A DNA stretch of 64,000 nt from the human T2T-CHM13v2.0 reference genome, Homo sapiens (GCF_009914755.1 NC_060947.1); one strand, 5' to 3'; shown: positions 30,368-45,251, numbered from the stretch's first letter. Notes: a model not told the origin generated them from the letters alone. A program made the numbers and translations.

Positions 30368-32152
30368 GTAAGTGAATAGTTGAATTTGTTTGAGCATATT
30401 TAATTGCTTTCCTGAAGGGATTTGCTGGCTGTTTTGTTAAATGAAATTGAAGACAGTACTGTTGACCTTTCCAGGTGAGGAGGGAGTCAGAAGTGTTTTG
30501 CAAATGATGGAAACTGAAACGTGAGTACCAGGACCATATGATGTTCAGAAACTTTTATCATAACTACAGTGAATAAATAAAGTGCTTGACAATTAGATTT
30601 AAAATTAAGCTTCATCCTCATTGCAAAATGTGGAGACAGTGCTTTGGGACATGAGGAAGAGATTAATTAGGATTCTTTTCTACCTCAAGATGCGCTATGT
30701 CATCTCTGAACAAAAAACTGATTGGTATTACGTGAGGATTATCTTCATAAAGTTCAGAGTTGTATCTACGGGGACAGATTTGAATTGCTGTTAATTGACA
30801 ATTTGCTGAATTGGAAAGATCATATTACCTTAATACTTTAATGTATCATCTTTAAATGTGATTCTTTTTCTTTCTCTCACTAAAGATTAGTTTCATGCCA
30901 CTAAATAAAATTTAATCTTTTGCTGTAATTTAAATAATAATAAGTGCTTACAAACATATTATGCAGCTGATAGCTTGTTAAAATTTCCTGTGGGCTTGTT
31001 TTTTGTTTAGAAGTACTGATTTTGCCAGTTGTACAAGCATGAAATATTGTTTATCAAGCCTCATAAGACATTAAAGAGGAAATCAAGTTTGTGTGACTTT
31101 AATGTCTCTTTTTCTCCTTATTTCAGTGGCTCATACTTTTACCCTGAACTTGTAAAATCTACAAGCTTAATAAGATTCCATATTTTATAGGAACTAATGG
31201 ATATTCAATGACTTGCCTGAAGAGTAGACTAAGAAAATGTATTTCTCCATGAATCTTTACATAGAAAAATGAAAGATTTTTCCTGAATATTTATTTCTCA
31301 ATATATACAGCATTAATATGTCTGTTTTTCTTCAAAGCAGAAAAAAAAAAAATCAGTGATTGCCTTTGGGTTTTGATCTTGCTCTGTATTTGTTTTAAGT
31401 ACACACCTATTACATGCCCACTGTATTCTAGGCACTAAGCTCTAATGAAAAGTGGTTTCCAGTCATTCGAATGGAACAGGAGGCTCATGTACTTTGAAGT
31501 GGGTATACAGAACTTTTGCACTTTGGTTTTATTCTACTTTCTGTCTATGTCCTTGGCACTAGAATGCTTGGACGACAGTTTGTTATATCTGTGGTATTTA
31601 TGGAATGAGTGAAACATGCAAGGAGAATGCCCTGGCTGCCGTTCTGGCTTCTGCCCTACCCAGAGCATCCAGTATACAGAAGCAGCGTTTCTTACCACAG
31701 CGTGCGGAAAGACACGGGGAGTAGTCGGCTTGCCATATAAGGAAGTTGCCTTCAGTGGCCTTGTTCATTTTAGGTGTTTTTTAATACTTGCTTCTCTTAT
31801 AATACATGTTACTGTTCCGTGAGGAACCTCAGCAGCTCCCCTAAGGGGAAAAAAGGAGGAGTACTTGAAGGAGTACTGTTTATACTTCAGGGGCAATAAA
31901 ATCCATGTTTATGCACAAAGGGACCTTTCCACTTGTGTGATAACCATTCTACAAGGCCCTTGAGTTCCTGTGAGGAAGGAAGGACGCCATAAGGAATGAA
32001 ATCACAGAACCTTATTATGAAAATAGTAATGGTGGGATTTGGAAATTATACTCAATTTTTTCTTCTGAAAACAAATTGAATACCACCTGAGAGTTGGTGC
32101 TAAAGGCCCTGATTTTCGTATTTTAAAAAATTTTTGGCATAGTCTTTGGATT

Positions 32153-32338
32153 TGTGCTGTCCTAATATGGTAGCCACCAGCTGTACATGAGTATTTAAGC
32201 TTAACTAAGATTAAGTAAAATGTAAAATTCAGTTTGTCTCACACTAGCCACATTTTGAGTGCTCAGTAGCCACATGTGGCCAGTGGATACCTTATTAGAC
32301 AAGGAAGATGTAGTGCAGAAAGTTTTATTGGACAGAAG
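32153..32338. mobile_element. MER3 (hAT-Charlie)
   Basis: GTGCTGTCCTAATATGGTAGCCAC...GTAGCCACATGTGGCCAGTGG...AGAAAGTTTTATTGGACAG. Confidence 0.85.
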
Positions 32339-32693
32339 AACAATGGTTATTCAGATATTTCCCTATTGGGAATTCCAGGGAAGAAAGGGAAAACTTAAAT
32401 CTGAAGAAGAAAAATTTTATACCAAGGGACTAGGGGGCAATGCAGAAAAATTAACCACATCAAAACAATTTACTACATCAAAGTTCATTGTCATGACATA
32501 TTAGAACATTAGCATAAAGGAAGTATCTATGCACTTCCCGGATTTAAAAAAGAGTCACACGAAGGATCTTGGAATCAGAATGACATTGTATTTCTTAACA
32601 GCAACACGTGAAGTTAGAAAACAGACTGAACATAGACTTCTTTGAAAATAATTTTCCCTCAGAATTTTGAAGGTGTTCCTCCACTAATTATTA

Positions 32694-32855
<162 letters not shown>

Positions 32856-33007
32856 TCACTTCTAGGAAACTTATGGAGAATATGTCCCACCAAAGTGAGG
32901 GAGTAAACCAAGAAAGGGGGAGGTTTGGGATCTTGGAAACAGAAAGAGGCAGAAGGAATTCTCAAACAAAGGTGTTTTCAGGGCAGTGGCTCTTGTAGTA
33001 CAGACTA

Positions 33008-33534
<527 letters not shown>

Positions 33535-33572
33535 CTAGGAGAACACAAAAAGTATACTAAAAAAAAATCATA

Positions 33573-33889
<317 letters not shown>

Positions 33890-34137
33890 ATCATACTATA
33901 TTGCCCACTCAGCAGTGCCCATTCCATTGTCAAAGTAATATATGTGAAATATTGATTTAGCTGAAAAAAAAAGTTATATGAGCTATCGAAAACGTGGAAG
34001 GGTCAGTGTAAGATTGGTGGTGGGAATGTAAAAAACCAACAATCCTTACCTATGTGTGTGAAAATCAGTAAGTGATATCTAAACTTGATGTATTGATTAG
34101 AGTATCACAAACAGACTATTTAGAAACATGGAAGTCT

Positions 34138-34618
<481 letters not shown>

Positions 34619-34707
34619 TTACTTTGTAAAGACTAAAAGTGGTTTGGAAAGTGAAAGTATAGGATATACTATCTGTATAATTACAGACATTTTGGCATAG
34701 TTAAAAG

Positions 34708-34923
34708 CAGGGTTTCACAACCTTGGCATTGATTGACGTTTGTGTCAAATAATTCTCTTTGTTAAGAGGACCTGTCCTGTGTGTTGTGGGATGTTCCGCA
34801 GCATCTCTGGCCTCCACCCACTGGATGCCAGTGGCATTCCTCCGCCAGTCCTGACAAATAACAGTATCTCTAGACATTGCCCAGTGTTTCCTGGGGGTCA
34901 AAATTACCTGTAAGAACCACTTG
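34708..34923 (-). mobile_element. MER20
   Basis: CAGGGTTTCACAACCTTGGCATTG...CAGCATCTCTGGCCTCCACCCACTGGATGCCAGT...AGAACCACT. Confidence 0.9.
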
Positions 34924-36791
34924 TTTTGAAGGATTTTTAAATATGTCATTGAATAAACCTCAATATATAACCCTGCTGTTTGATATTGGTAATACAGGAA
35001 ACACCAGCTTCCTTACACAGACCTTGAACCCTGGAGCAAATGAAGCGGTTTGGAATCCTCTGGCACTGGAGCACCCGCAATGCTCATGCTGGTGCATGTA
35101 TTAGTCAGCGTCTGGCTCTTGGCCCGGTTAATTCAGAGCTCACTAAAAACAGAAAAGGGATCAGGAGGAAACTGCAGCTTCTCTGTCATGCTTAGTGGCT
35201 TCTGAAAACATATTTTAGATTTTTCATGTTGCTTTCATGATGGTACAACTTGAATTTCTCTGGAGTTGAAATGTTAATCATTATGGCAAAAATATTGCAC
35301 CCTTTGGATGCATTCCAGTGCTCAGGTGGCTGCGGACAGATCCTCTGTCTCTCTGCTTCCCTCCACAATTCTTTTGCAAGTTCTTAGTTAAGTTATTGTC
35401 AAATGTTTTTCCCTAGAATTGACACAGGAAGTCAACAGGAAAATGGTATCTCAGATTTTTTGATGTGGATGAAACCTCATAAATAGTTTAAAACCCTCAT
35501 TTCACAGCTGAGGAAACTCTGGTGCAGAGAGGGTTTTTTACAATTAATTGGGAGCACAATGGGGCCTGGAACTCTGTTCTTCTGTTTTACTCTTTCCTTT
35601 TAAAATACAACATGTGTGCCCAGTAATGCTGGAGGAGGATGATAGAACGGGCTGGGGAAGGGCTAGGGCATCTGGCGGGTCATGGGAGTTTGTCAGGATT
35701 TTCGCACTGTTAGAAGTTCTCAGCATCCTCTGCCAGGGGCGTGTACCCTTAGTAAGCTTAGAGAAAATGGCACAGAGAGGCAGGAAGTGTAGTTTCCATG
35801 ATCTTTCCAGGAGGTGCTCCTGTACCTCAGTTCCTGATGGCCCAGAACTGGGTGGAGAGTGTAGGCTGGTGCATTGGCGTGTCTGACAGGGAAGACCCTG
35901 GCCTCCTTATCTTGCAGCTCTTGCTACCAGGGCACTCATGGAGCCAGCGTGCACCGCCACTGCAGCTGTTCTTGAAGAAGTGGCCAGAAGAGTGAAATTG
36001 GCCCGTTGAGGAAGGGTGTGGAGCTGCTTCTCTGTGGGTCCCTGCATGACTTCCCTGTTCCTTCCCCTGGGATCAACCTTCCTCACCCCACATGGTTCAG
36101 CAGATGAGGGTTAAGTCTGCCCCAGCTTGGGGGACGCTGGTGTCCCACTCAAACCGGTTGTCCAGTATTTTGGTGCTGCACCAGGAGAGTGCCATCTGCA
36201 GTCTGCAGGGCTGTCTTGCCCAGGTGGCCCCTTCTTCCCTCGGATGGATGGGGCATACTGTTCTGACCACCATGTCTCCTTCCAGGCCACATCCTCTTTC
36301 GTGAGCACTGTGAGGGCATCACCCCACATTTTTAGAAACCTCAGCGCCCCATCTTGCCCCCATCCCTTGCCTTTGGCACCACTTAAACTACAGCCTCATT
36401 CTCTTCCTCCTCGCCTGAGTTCTCCAGCCAACTCAAGTGCCACCTCCTCCATGAAGCCCCTGTAGGTTTCCTCCACTGGGACAAGGACGCGCAGAGATGA
36501 AAGGCAGAGAAGTCCAGCCCTGGGACTTCCAGGCCGTCAGTTCAATCCTTTGAGCCTCTGTCTCCTCCTCTGTGCAGTGGGGCAGTTCAGTGCTCCCCCT
36601 TAGTGCTGTGGCACGCTGCGTTGATTGGCCTGGGTGCTGTTGCGGATGCCCAGCGAGTTCTCTGTCTCCCTCCTGGTTCTTGTCCCACTCCCTGCTCCCT
36701 GTTACAGCCTGGAAGTGGTTGGACGGTTTCCCCTGGGAGTCTTGAGAACCCCCAAAGACGCCATGCATCTTCTTGTCCTCTTTTCGTGGCA

Positions 36792-38041
36792 TGTTCTGTG
36801 TTGTGTGTGTGTGTCTGTGCAACGTGCTGTGGCATTATGTGTGTCTGTGTTTGTGGCGTGTTGTGTTGCATGTGTCTGTCTGTACTGTGTGTGTTGTGTG
36901 TGTTGTGTGTCTCTGGCGGGCTGTGTATGTTGTGTGTGTCTGTGCACGTGCTGTGCGGCATGCTGTGTATGTTGTATATGTCTCTGGTGGGCTGTGTATG
37001 TTGTGTGTGGCTGTGTATTTTGTGTGTCTGTGTGGCTATATGCGGCGTGCTGTGCATGTCGTGTCTATCTGCACCGTGGTTTGTGTGTTGTGTCTATCTG
37101 CGTGGTGTACTGTGTGTGTTGTGTCTATCTGTGCAGTGTGTCTGTGTGGTGTGCTCTGTGTATGTTGTGTCTATCTGTGCAGTGTGCTGTGTGTGTGTGT
37201 GTGTGGTGTGCTGTATGTCTGTCTGTGCAAGGTGCTATGTGTATGTCGTGTCTGTGCAGTGTGCTGTGTGTGTGTCTGATGTGCTGTGTGTGTTGTGTCT
37301 ATCTGCAGTGTGCTGTGTGTGTGTCTGTGTTGTGTGCTGTGTGTGTTGTCTCTATCTGTGCAGTGTGCTGTGTGTATGTCTGTCTGGTGTGCTCTCTGTA
37401 TGTTGTGTCTATCTGTGCAGTGTGCTGTGCGTGGCTGTGTGGTGTGCTATGTGTGTTGTGTCCGTCTGTGCACCTTGCTGTGCATGTTGTCTATCTGTGC
37501 ACCTTGCTGTTTGTGTTGTGTCTCTCTGCACGGTGCACTGTGTGTGTTGTGTCTATCTGTGCAGTGTGCTCTGTGCGGTGTGCTGTGTGTGTGTCTGTGC
37601 AGTGTGCTCTTTGTGTGTGTGTGGTGTGCTGTATGTGTGTGTCTATCTGTGCTATGTGTGTGTCTGGTGTGCTGTGTGTGTGTCTCTGCAGTGTACTGTG
37701 TGTGTGTGGAGTGCTGTGTGCGTTGTGTCTATCTGCAGTGTGCTGTGTGTGTGGTATGCTATGTGTGTTGTGTCTATCTGTGCAGTGTACTGTGTGTGTG
37801 TGATGTGCTGTCTTTGTGGTGTCTGCAGTGTGCTGTGTGTGTGTGGTGTGCTGTGTGTGTGTCTATCTGTGCAGTATCTGTGCAATGTGTTGTGTGTGTG
37901 TGGTGTGCTGTGTGTGTTGTGTCTGTGCAGTGTGCTGTGTGTGTGTGTGTGGTGTGCTGTGTGTGCACGTGTGTGGTGTGCTGTGTGTCTGTGTGGTGTA
38001 CTGTGTGTGTGTCTATTTGTGTACCGTGCTGTGTGTGTGTT
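36792..38041. repeat. TG-rich complex minisatellite (~1.25 kb)
   Basis: Degenerate units such as GTGTGCTGTGTGTGTTGTGTCTATCTGTGCA interleaved with GTGTGCTGTGTGTGTGTG; 13 copies of TCTATCT. Confidence 0.95.
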
Positions 38042-38124
38042 ACATGTCCTGAGCTCACGCCTTCTGTTTTCACATTTGACTGTGATTACTGTCCTTTTTG
38101 AGATCTGAGTAACAGGGACAGGGC

Positions 38125-38275
38125 TGGGCCCGATGACTTAGGCCTGTAGTCCCAGCACTTGAGGATCATTTGAGCCCAGGAGTTGGAGGCTGCAGTGAGC
38201 TGTGATCGCGCCACTGCACTCCAGCCTAGGTGACAGAGTGAGACCCTGGCTCAAGAAACAAGACCAAACGAAACA
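38125..38275 (+). mobile_element. FRAM / AluJ right monomer
   Basis: GCCTGTAGTCCCAGC...GAGGCTGCAGTGAGCTGTGATCGCGCCACTGCACTCCAGCC. Confidence 0.85.
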
Positions 38276-39216
38276 GGAATGGGTGGCCAGTTCTGCCACT
38301 TCCTTTTTATTTGTGAAATCTAAGCACATACATAATCCAGGTAGTTGTCACGGAAAGGGGCCATAACTCAAGAGAAGTGGTGCCCTGGAGCCTAAAGGCT
38401 TTCCCATTAGGATAAATTAGAACTGGAAATTGTCATAAAGACAATGCAGGGTTTGTGGATTTCAGCTGGATGAGTAAAGACCAGCCTGGGCGTGAAGGAT
38501 TTTCATAGTCAGTTGCTAAAGGTGGTGCCCCAGGAAGGCTATTTGGCAGGCGTGGGGCGCAGTCCTGGCATGGGGTGGGATGGGGCTGGAGGTGCTGCTA
38601 ATCTATCTTATTAAAACCCAGGAAGTTTCACAGGCGCCTTCCAAACCACAGCTCGTTGATTTAAAGATGTGAATTCCACGTGTGTAAGCCAACAGAACAA
38701 TTGCGTTTTGTGGTCTCTGGCTGATGAAAAGTCCCTGATGAAGTGCTGTTTGATAAAACGATTCCTCTCCATTTTCCTCCCTTCCAATCTGTGGTTCACA
38801 TTTATTCAACGTTCTTTTCTTTCAAACAGCATTTGTGTGTAGCCAACACACATGCATATGGAGTGCTGCGAAGTCTCTGTGCATTATCTGGAAACCTGCT
38901 TTCTCCAGAAAAGCTGACTATCCACTTCCCGTGCTCTCAAGCCCAAGAGACAGGAATGGGACGTGGGGAGTGCGTACCCTCTTCTCAACAAGCAGGTTGA
39001 AAATCCAGTGAATTTCTTTATGATGGAATTTGAATCACGTGGACATTCATTAGAATATTTGGGCAGGATTAAGCCCTTAAAACTGGCTCTAGATTATGGT
39101 TATAAAATGGCCTCAAAGGACCCTGAAACTAATGAAAGAATTCTTCCATTTCTGACATGCTTCACTCCCTCTGGCTCTGGCTCTTATCCCAAATCAAAGA
39201 ATGTTGGTTTTTTTAG

Positions 39217-39562
<346 letters not shown>

Positions 39563-39616
39563 CAAAGTGACTCTTATACTCCATTATAATTATGAATTTG
39601 GAAAACAATAAGGATA

Positions 39617-39856
39617 TTATATGAGTCTGCTCAGGCTGCTGTAACCAAAGACCACAGGCTGTGTGGCTTAAACAATAGAAATTTCTTTTCTCACAATTCT
39701 GGAGGCTGGAAGTCCAAGATCAAGGTGCCAGGAAACTCAGTTTCTGGGGAGGCCTCTCCTCCTGGCTTGCAGATGGCCGCCTTCTTGCTGTGTCCTCACA
39801 CGGCCTTTCCTCGGAGCGTCTGTGTATGGGTGGGGTGGAGGGGCAAGCAGAGAGCT
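39617..39856 (-). mobile_element. MLT1A-like MaLR LTR, truncated
   Basis: GGCTGCTGTAACCAAAGACCACAGG...GGAAGTCCAAGATCAAGGTGCC...TTGCAGATGGCCGCCTTCTTGCTGTGTCCTCAC. Confidence 0.85.
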
Positions 39857-40139
39857 TGCACACTTCGACAATATGACCATCTATCATAGGCATCAATTTA
39901 GTTTAACTTCATTTCATTTACAGGGTGTTAAAAAGGAAAATCATCTGCATAATTTGAGCTTTTTCATAGTGAGTTCTGAATCTAATTTATTTTGAGTTAT
40001 TACAGAAGTCTGCGGATATCCCACCTTAAGATAGCCATATGCACAATTAGTCATTTCTTAAGGGATCCCCCAATGTGAAAAGAATTCCCCGAGAAAAGTT
40101 GACCTGAAAGATCTTGGCCTTTACATAAGTGTACACAGA

Positions 40140-40595
40140 ATTATTTTTATTGTGATAAAATATACATAACATAAAACTTACTATCTTACACAGTTTAACT
40201 GTACAGTTTAGTGGCATTAAGTACACTCACGTTACTGTGCAGCCATCATCACCATCCTTCTCTAGGACTTTCCCAGCTTTCCAAGCTGAAACTCTGTCCT
40301 CATTAAACATGAGCTTTCCATTCCTTCTCTCCCCACCAACCACCTGGCACCCACTGTTCTACTTTCTGTCTCTGTGAACTTGATGACTCTGGATACCTCC
40401 CGTAAGTGGAATCCTACAGGATTTGTCCCTTTTGTAACTGGCTTATTTCACTTGGTAGAATGTCCTCAAGATTCATCTGTATTGTAGCATGTGACATAAT
40501 TTCCTTCCTTTTTAAAGCTGAATAATATTCCCTTGTGTGTATAGACCACATTTTGTTTATCCATTCATGCATCGATGGACAGTTGGGTTGTTTAC
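40140..40595 (-). mobile_element. L1MB (MB3/4-like) 3' end
   Basis: TTTATTGTGATAAAATATACATAACATAAAA...TTTTAAAGCTGAATAATATTCC. Confidence 0.9.
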
Positions 40596-42767
40596 AAGGA
40601 ATTATTTTAAAGCCGAATCCAGGGTGGCTGGCTTGTGACTACTATTTAGATGCAGACAGTGATTCCAGGTGGTGCGTGGTGAAATCATGTCACACCCCCG
40701 CGGAAAACTCCACAGCTTTCCTCATGTGCCCTTTCCATCACTTCTCTGCTGCTTTAGGAACTACTTTTCTTCTGAGGTGACCTCTTTCTGTTCCTTTCAG
40801 TTTTTAAAGGAAAGAATAGTAGAAGTATTAAAAGCAGCAGCAGAAGTCCACATGTTAACCCTGTGCCAGCCCACATCCCCTTGTGATCTCTGGCAGTGGG
40901 GTCTCTTCTGCTAGCTTCTCCCGAGCTTCCTGCCAAAACCCTGTAGCCGGCCTTCGCCATGTCCCTGAATTTGCTTTTCTTTTTCCACCCTCTACAACCT
41001 TCCTTTCCTGCAGAAGTATAAACTTTCAATCCGTGTGTATAAACTTTGGGGACACTTCGCAATCAGCATGATGAAGTTTTATTTTTATGTGAAAACTCTT
41101 GATGATTCTGAAATTGTGGTGTCTGTAACTTAAACATCATCTACAAAATCACTGCTCTATCTTTGGATGTGAGTTTGTTCTAGCATGTTATCACAGTACC
41201 GAATTCCAAAGAAACTGCTGTTTACTTACCAAGGGTAGGCTTTCAACTCAGATGAGTTTATGACTTTATTTACATGGAATAGTCAAAATGGACTTCTGAC
41301 ATTTGCTGCAAAGTAGGACAACTTAATTGATATTGATGGATCTACTCATTTATTCAGCAGATAACAAAGCCCTTCCGATTGCAGGTGTTGTGGAGAGAGC
41401 AGGATATTCATTTGCTAGGGTTGCCATAACAAAGTTTGATTTGATTTTTGGTTGGGGATGGAAACTGTGTAGGAGGCAAGCGTGGAGCTTGATGTGAGCT
41501 CCTTGAAATAATGAAAAACCAGTTACAAAATCTGTATTACCTGTAGCAGTACACATTCTCCCAAAGCATTCTGTTGGCATTTTAAAGTCCTTTAAAACAC
41601 ACAGCTGCTTTCTGTTGCTTCAAACTAAATAAGGCATTATCTTCACTTTTCCTTTTGTTAACCTAAAGAAAAACCTTCATTTGTAAAGCAAATCATCACA
41701 GCAGGAGGATTTTCTGGTTTATGCACTAGGGTGCATTTAATCTTTATTTTACACTGCTGATTAACTTTATGATTCAAATTTTAACTTATAGTTTCTTTTT
41801 AAATTAATTACATTATTGGGTGCTTTCATGTTTTTGCTAAAAACCTTCCTATTAGAAGCACTACAATTGACAGTGATGGACTGACCTTTAATATTTTTTT
41901 GTTATGTGACCAGTGTTTGGTTTATAAAAATTTTTCTCTAAAACACCAACTTTTGGCTGCAAATACCACCTTTTCACTTGGGTTCTTTTCATAGTGTTTA
42001 TTTACATGGGATATTGTCACTTTGCACGCTGTAGCTATTTGTCTTTGTCAGCAAATGTAGGTAAAATATTAATCTTGTATGAAATTCAGATAAGCAGGGA
42101 ACAGATGGATTTATGGTGCTTGAAACCTCTGAACTCTGCAGCTGTGGCAAGTTGTTGAACTGTAAATAAATTCTGGACGGTGGCTAGCAGGGGCTGGCGT
42201 GACCTCATTTGCCCCACAATACCTCACCGTGCCAGGGATGCATTTCCTGCCCTGTGCCACCTGTGGTTTGGTCCTAGTGCTTTGGGGCCGCAGAGTGGAG
42301 CTGGGCTCCCTTTGAGGAAGTCATCAGTGCTGAGAGCCCTCCTCACGGGTGAGAGTCCAGTGGGATGTGTCTGAGCAGCCTACGCTGGGCATGGGCCGGG
42401 GCACGCTGTGTCCCAAGCATGCTTTAGGGGTCCCAGTGGCAAAAGCACATTTGTGGTTGTTTAATCTCTGGAGGTGGAGGATAGCCCCAGCTCCTGGGTC
42501 AGTCAGCTGGCGGAACAGGGTAGGCCAGGGGAGACAGCACTCCACCCTGCTGGGCATCTTATTAAATGCAGCCCAGTATATTCAATGCCGGCATCACTAC
42601 TTCATGGGAAAGGATGCAGCGCTTACAGCAGGTAGTGGGGTAGAGTGGCTGTGTGGGGATTTTCAAAATGGAGGCTAAAGTGATGCACTTTGGACTCGCT
42701 GGAAAGTGCCTGGACCTCTGGTGAGTTCAGCCTGGGAGGTCAGAGCACCACAAAATTTGCTTGCTGT

Positions 42768-43070
42768 GGCTGGGTGCAGTGGCTCACATCTGTAGTCCTA
42801 GCAGGAGCTCAGTAGTCCAAGCTCAGGAGTCCGAGACCAGCCTGGGCAACATCCTGTCTCCACCAAAACAAAACCAAAAACAAAACCAAACTGGCTTGGT
42901 GTGGTAGTGTGTGCCTGTAGTCCCAGCTACTCAGGAGGCTGAGGCAGGAGGATTGCTTGAGCCTAAGAGTTCGAGGCTACAAGTGAGCCATGATCATACC
43001 ACTGCACTTGAGCCTGGGTGACAGAGTGAGACCCTGTCTCAAATGAAAAAAAAAAAAAAAAAAAAAAAAA
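42768..43070 (+). mobile_element. AluJ with degraded left arm
   Basis: Alu dimer with deletions in the left arm and a long A tail. Confidence 0.9.
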
Positions 43071-43436
43071 GTACTTGTTGCCTGGCCACAGGAAGGTCTG
43101 TGTGTTGGTTTGTTTACCTTCCCGAACCTTTGCTGGGGAGACTTTTTATGCCCCCATATGCCCCAGATTCACTAACAAGAAGGAAGTGTTCTGTTCTGTG
43201 TAGGATGTGCAGAAACAGCCTTGAAAATGTTACCAATCACCGACCTTCTGAAACGAGCTTCTGTGGATACTGGGAAAGCACTGGGACACCATTCCCCTCA
43301 CTCCTGCCTCTGCTTCCCCAGGGTGGAACTGGCCTGTGCTTGATGGTGCCAGCTGTCATAAAGAAGTCATTGAGCATCCCTGCATTTGCACTGTGTACCC
43401 AGCACCATGGAGGGATAGCCACTTTAGCCAAAGCAG

Positions 43437-44255
43437 TTTTTCAGCTTTACTGAGATGTAATTTACATACCTTCAGACTCCCTCCGAGGGTGTTTTTTTGT
43501 GTATTCGCAGAGTTGTGCAATCATCACTATCTGAGTTTAGAACATGTTCAGTACCCCATGCCCACTGTATTAGTCTGTTTTCACGCTGCTATAAGGAACT
43601 ACCTGAGACTGGGTAATTTATAAAGAAAAGAGGTTGAATTGACTCCCAGTTCTGCATGGCTGGGGAGGCCTCAGGAAACTTGCAGTCATGGCAGAAGGCG
43701 AAGAGGAGGCAAGACACATCTTACCACAGCAAGGCAGGAGAGAGAGTGAGAGGGGAAGCGCCATACTTCTAAACCATTAGATCTCGTGAGAACTCACTCG
43801 CCATCACAAGAACAGCATGGGGGAAACCCGCCCCCATGACCCAATCACCTCCACCAGGTCCCTCCCCTGACGTGTGGGGATTACAGTTCGACATGAGATT
43901 TGGGTGGGGATTCAGAGCCAAACCATATCACCCATCAGCAGTCACTTCCCATTCTTCCCTCCCTGTCCCAACCGGTGCAACCAGCAATTTACTTTCTGCC
44001 CCTATGCATTTCCCTATTCTGACATTTCAGGTAAATACTCACAACATAGGGACTTTTGTGTTCTCATTTCACTGAGCATTGTGTTTTCAGGGTTCACTCA
44101 TGTTGTCCCCTGTGTCGGTGCTTCGTTCCTTTTCATAGCCAGATTATACTATCTGTTCATCAGTTGGCGGGCGTTTGGGCTGCCTCCACTGTTTGGCGAT
44201 TGTGAATAGTGTTGTTGTGAACATTTAAGCACACGTTTTTGTGTGGATGTATGCA
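43437..44255 (-). mobile_element. L1MB8-like 3' end interrupted by a THE1 LTR
   Basis: CAGCTTTACTGAGATGTAATTTACATACC, continuing after the LTR with CCCATCAGCAGTCACTTCCC. Confidence 0.8.
43566..43930 (-). mobile_element. THE1D-like MaLR solo LTR
   Basis: TGTATTAGTC...AGCCAAACCATATCA full length; 5-bp TSD CCCAC/CCCAT. Confidence 0.92.
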
Positions 44256-45251
44256 AAGTCATTTTTTTTGAAAGCCACTTACTACACGATTGGCTAACTT
44301 CCATCAGAGAAATGTTGTTTGGTGGAGTTAAAAACAGATTATCTGTGTACTATATTAAGTTGGGTGAGGAATGATGAAGTGTAAATTATACTTACATAAA
44401 TATTATAATGCTGTGCAGAAACTCTTAAGCTATCGTTCTTTTAGAAAATGAATTTTATGAGCTTGGGACCTTTTTGTTAACCAATCTGAGAAAAGTCTGT
44501 TGTCAGTGTGGACATATTTTACCTTTAAATGGAGGAGGGGAGAGAATCTTTCAAAAACATTAATATCAGTGAGATTAATACTAATCTGTCAAGATGACCC
44601 AGTGAACAGTTGGCTATCAAAGTATTATAAGAAGGTTTTTAAAAGGAAAGTGTCTATTTTGTAAAGATCTTGAGTAAATTATGCTTTTAAGTATGTTTTG
44701 ATATTCCCCCCCCTCCTCCCAAAGTGTAGCATGCCTGAGCGCTGTCATGTTTAGGAGGTGATGGGTTGGGGTTAGAGGGTGATTGACTGTTAGCGAAGTG
44801 GGTTGGGATGAACAAGTGCACTTGAGTACGCGCTGCACAGTGTAGGCATCAGGCCACGTCAGTGTGTCTCTGCATTTGGGCAGATGCCAGGCCTATTGCA
44901 GGCAGCATAACATCTAGGAACGGGTTTATGGATGAACCTGGGTAACTCTGGGAGCACAAACCCAGACCACACCCATCGGGAGAGATTGACCTGAGTGATG
45001 CGCTAACGCATATCATTGAGATGGGGCCAGATATCTTGCTTAGATGAATAATTGGAGTTCATGTCAACCATCTGTCCTTTCCCATAATTTAAAGCCAACT
45101 TCTATATTTTCCAGGTTCATACTTTTTTTTTCATTAATTGCATGTAAAGTTGCGGTGAACACCTTCTTTCTTGACTTCCTGTTTAAAAAAATTACAGTTC
45201 TTAAAATTATAAGCTTATTCAGGATGGAGTGGTCAGTTTGTAGAAAAACTA

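Noticed and set aside
36792-38041. Repeat-spacer appearance suggesting a CRISPR-like array
   Set aside because: Inter-unit sequences are themselves degenerate TG repeats rather than unique spacers; the DNA is primate and there are no cas genes.
36603-38108. 501-aa, 392-aa and 271-aa Cys/Val-rich ORFs and antisense His/Thr-rich ORFs
   Set aside because: They arise because the TG minisatellite rarely makes stop codons; overlapping frames are open together and there is no promoter, poly(A) signal or protein-family pattern.
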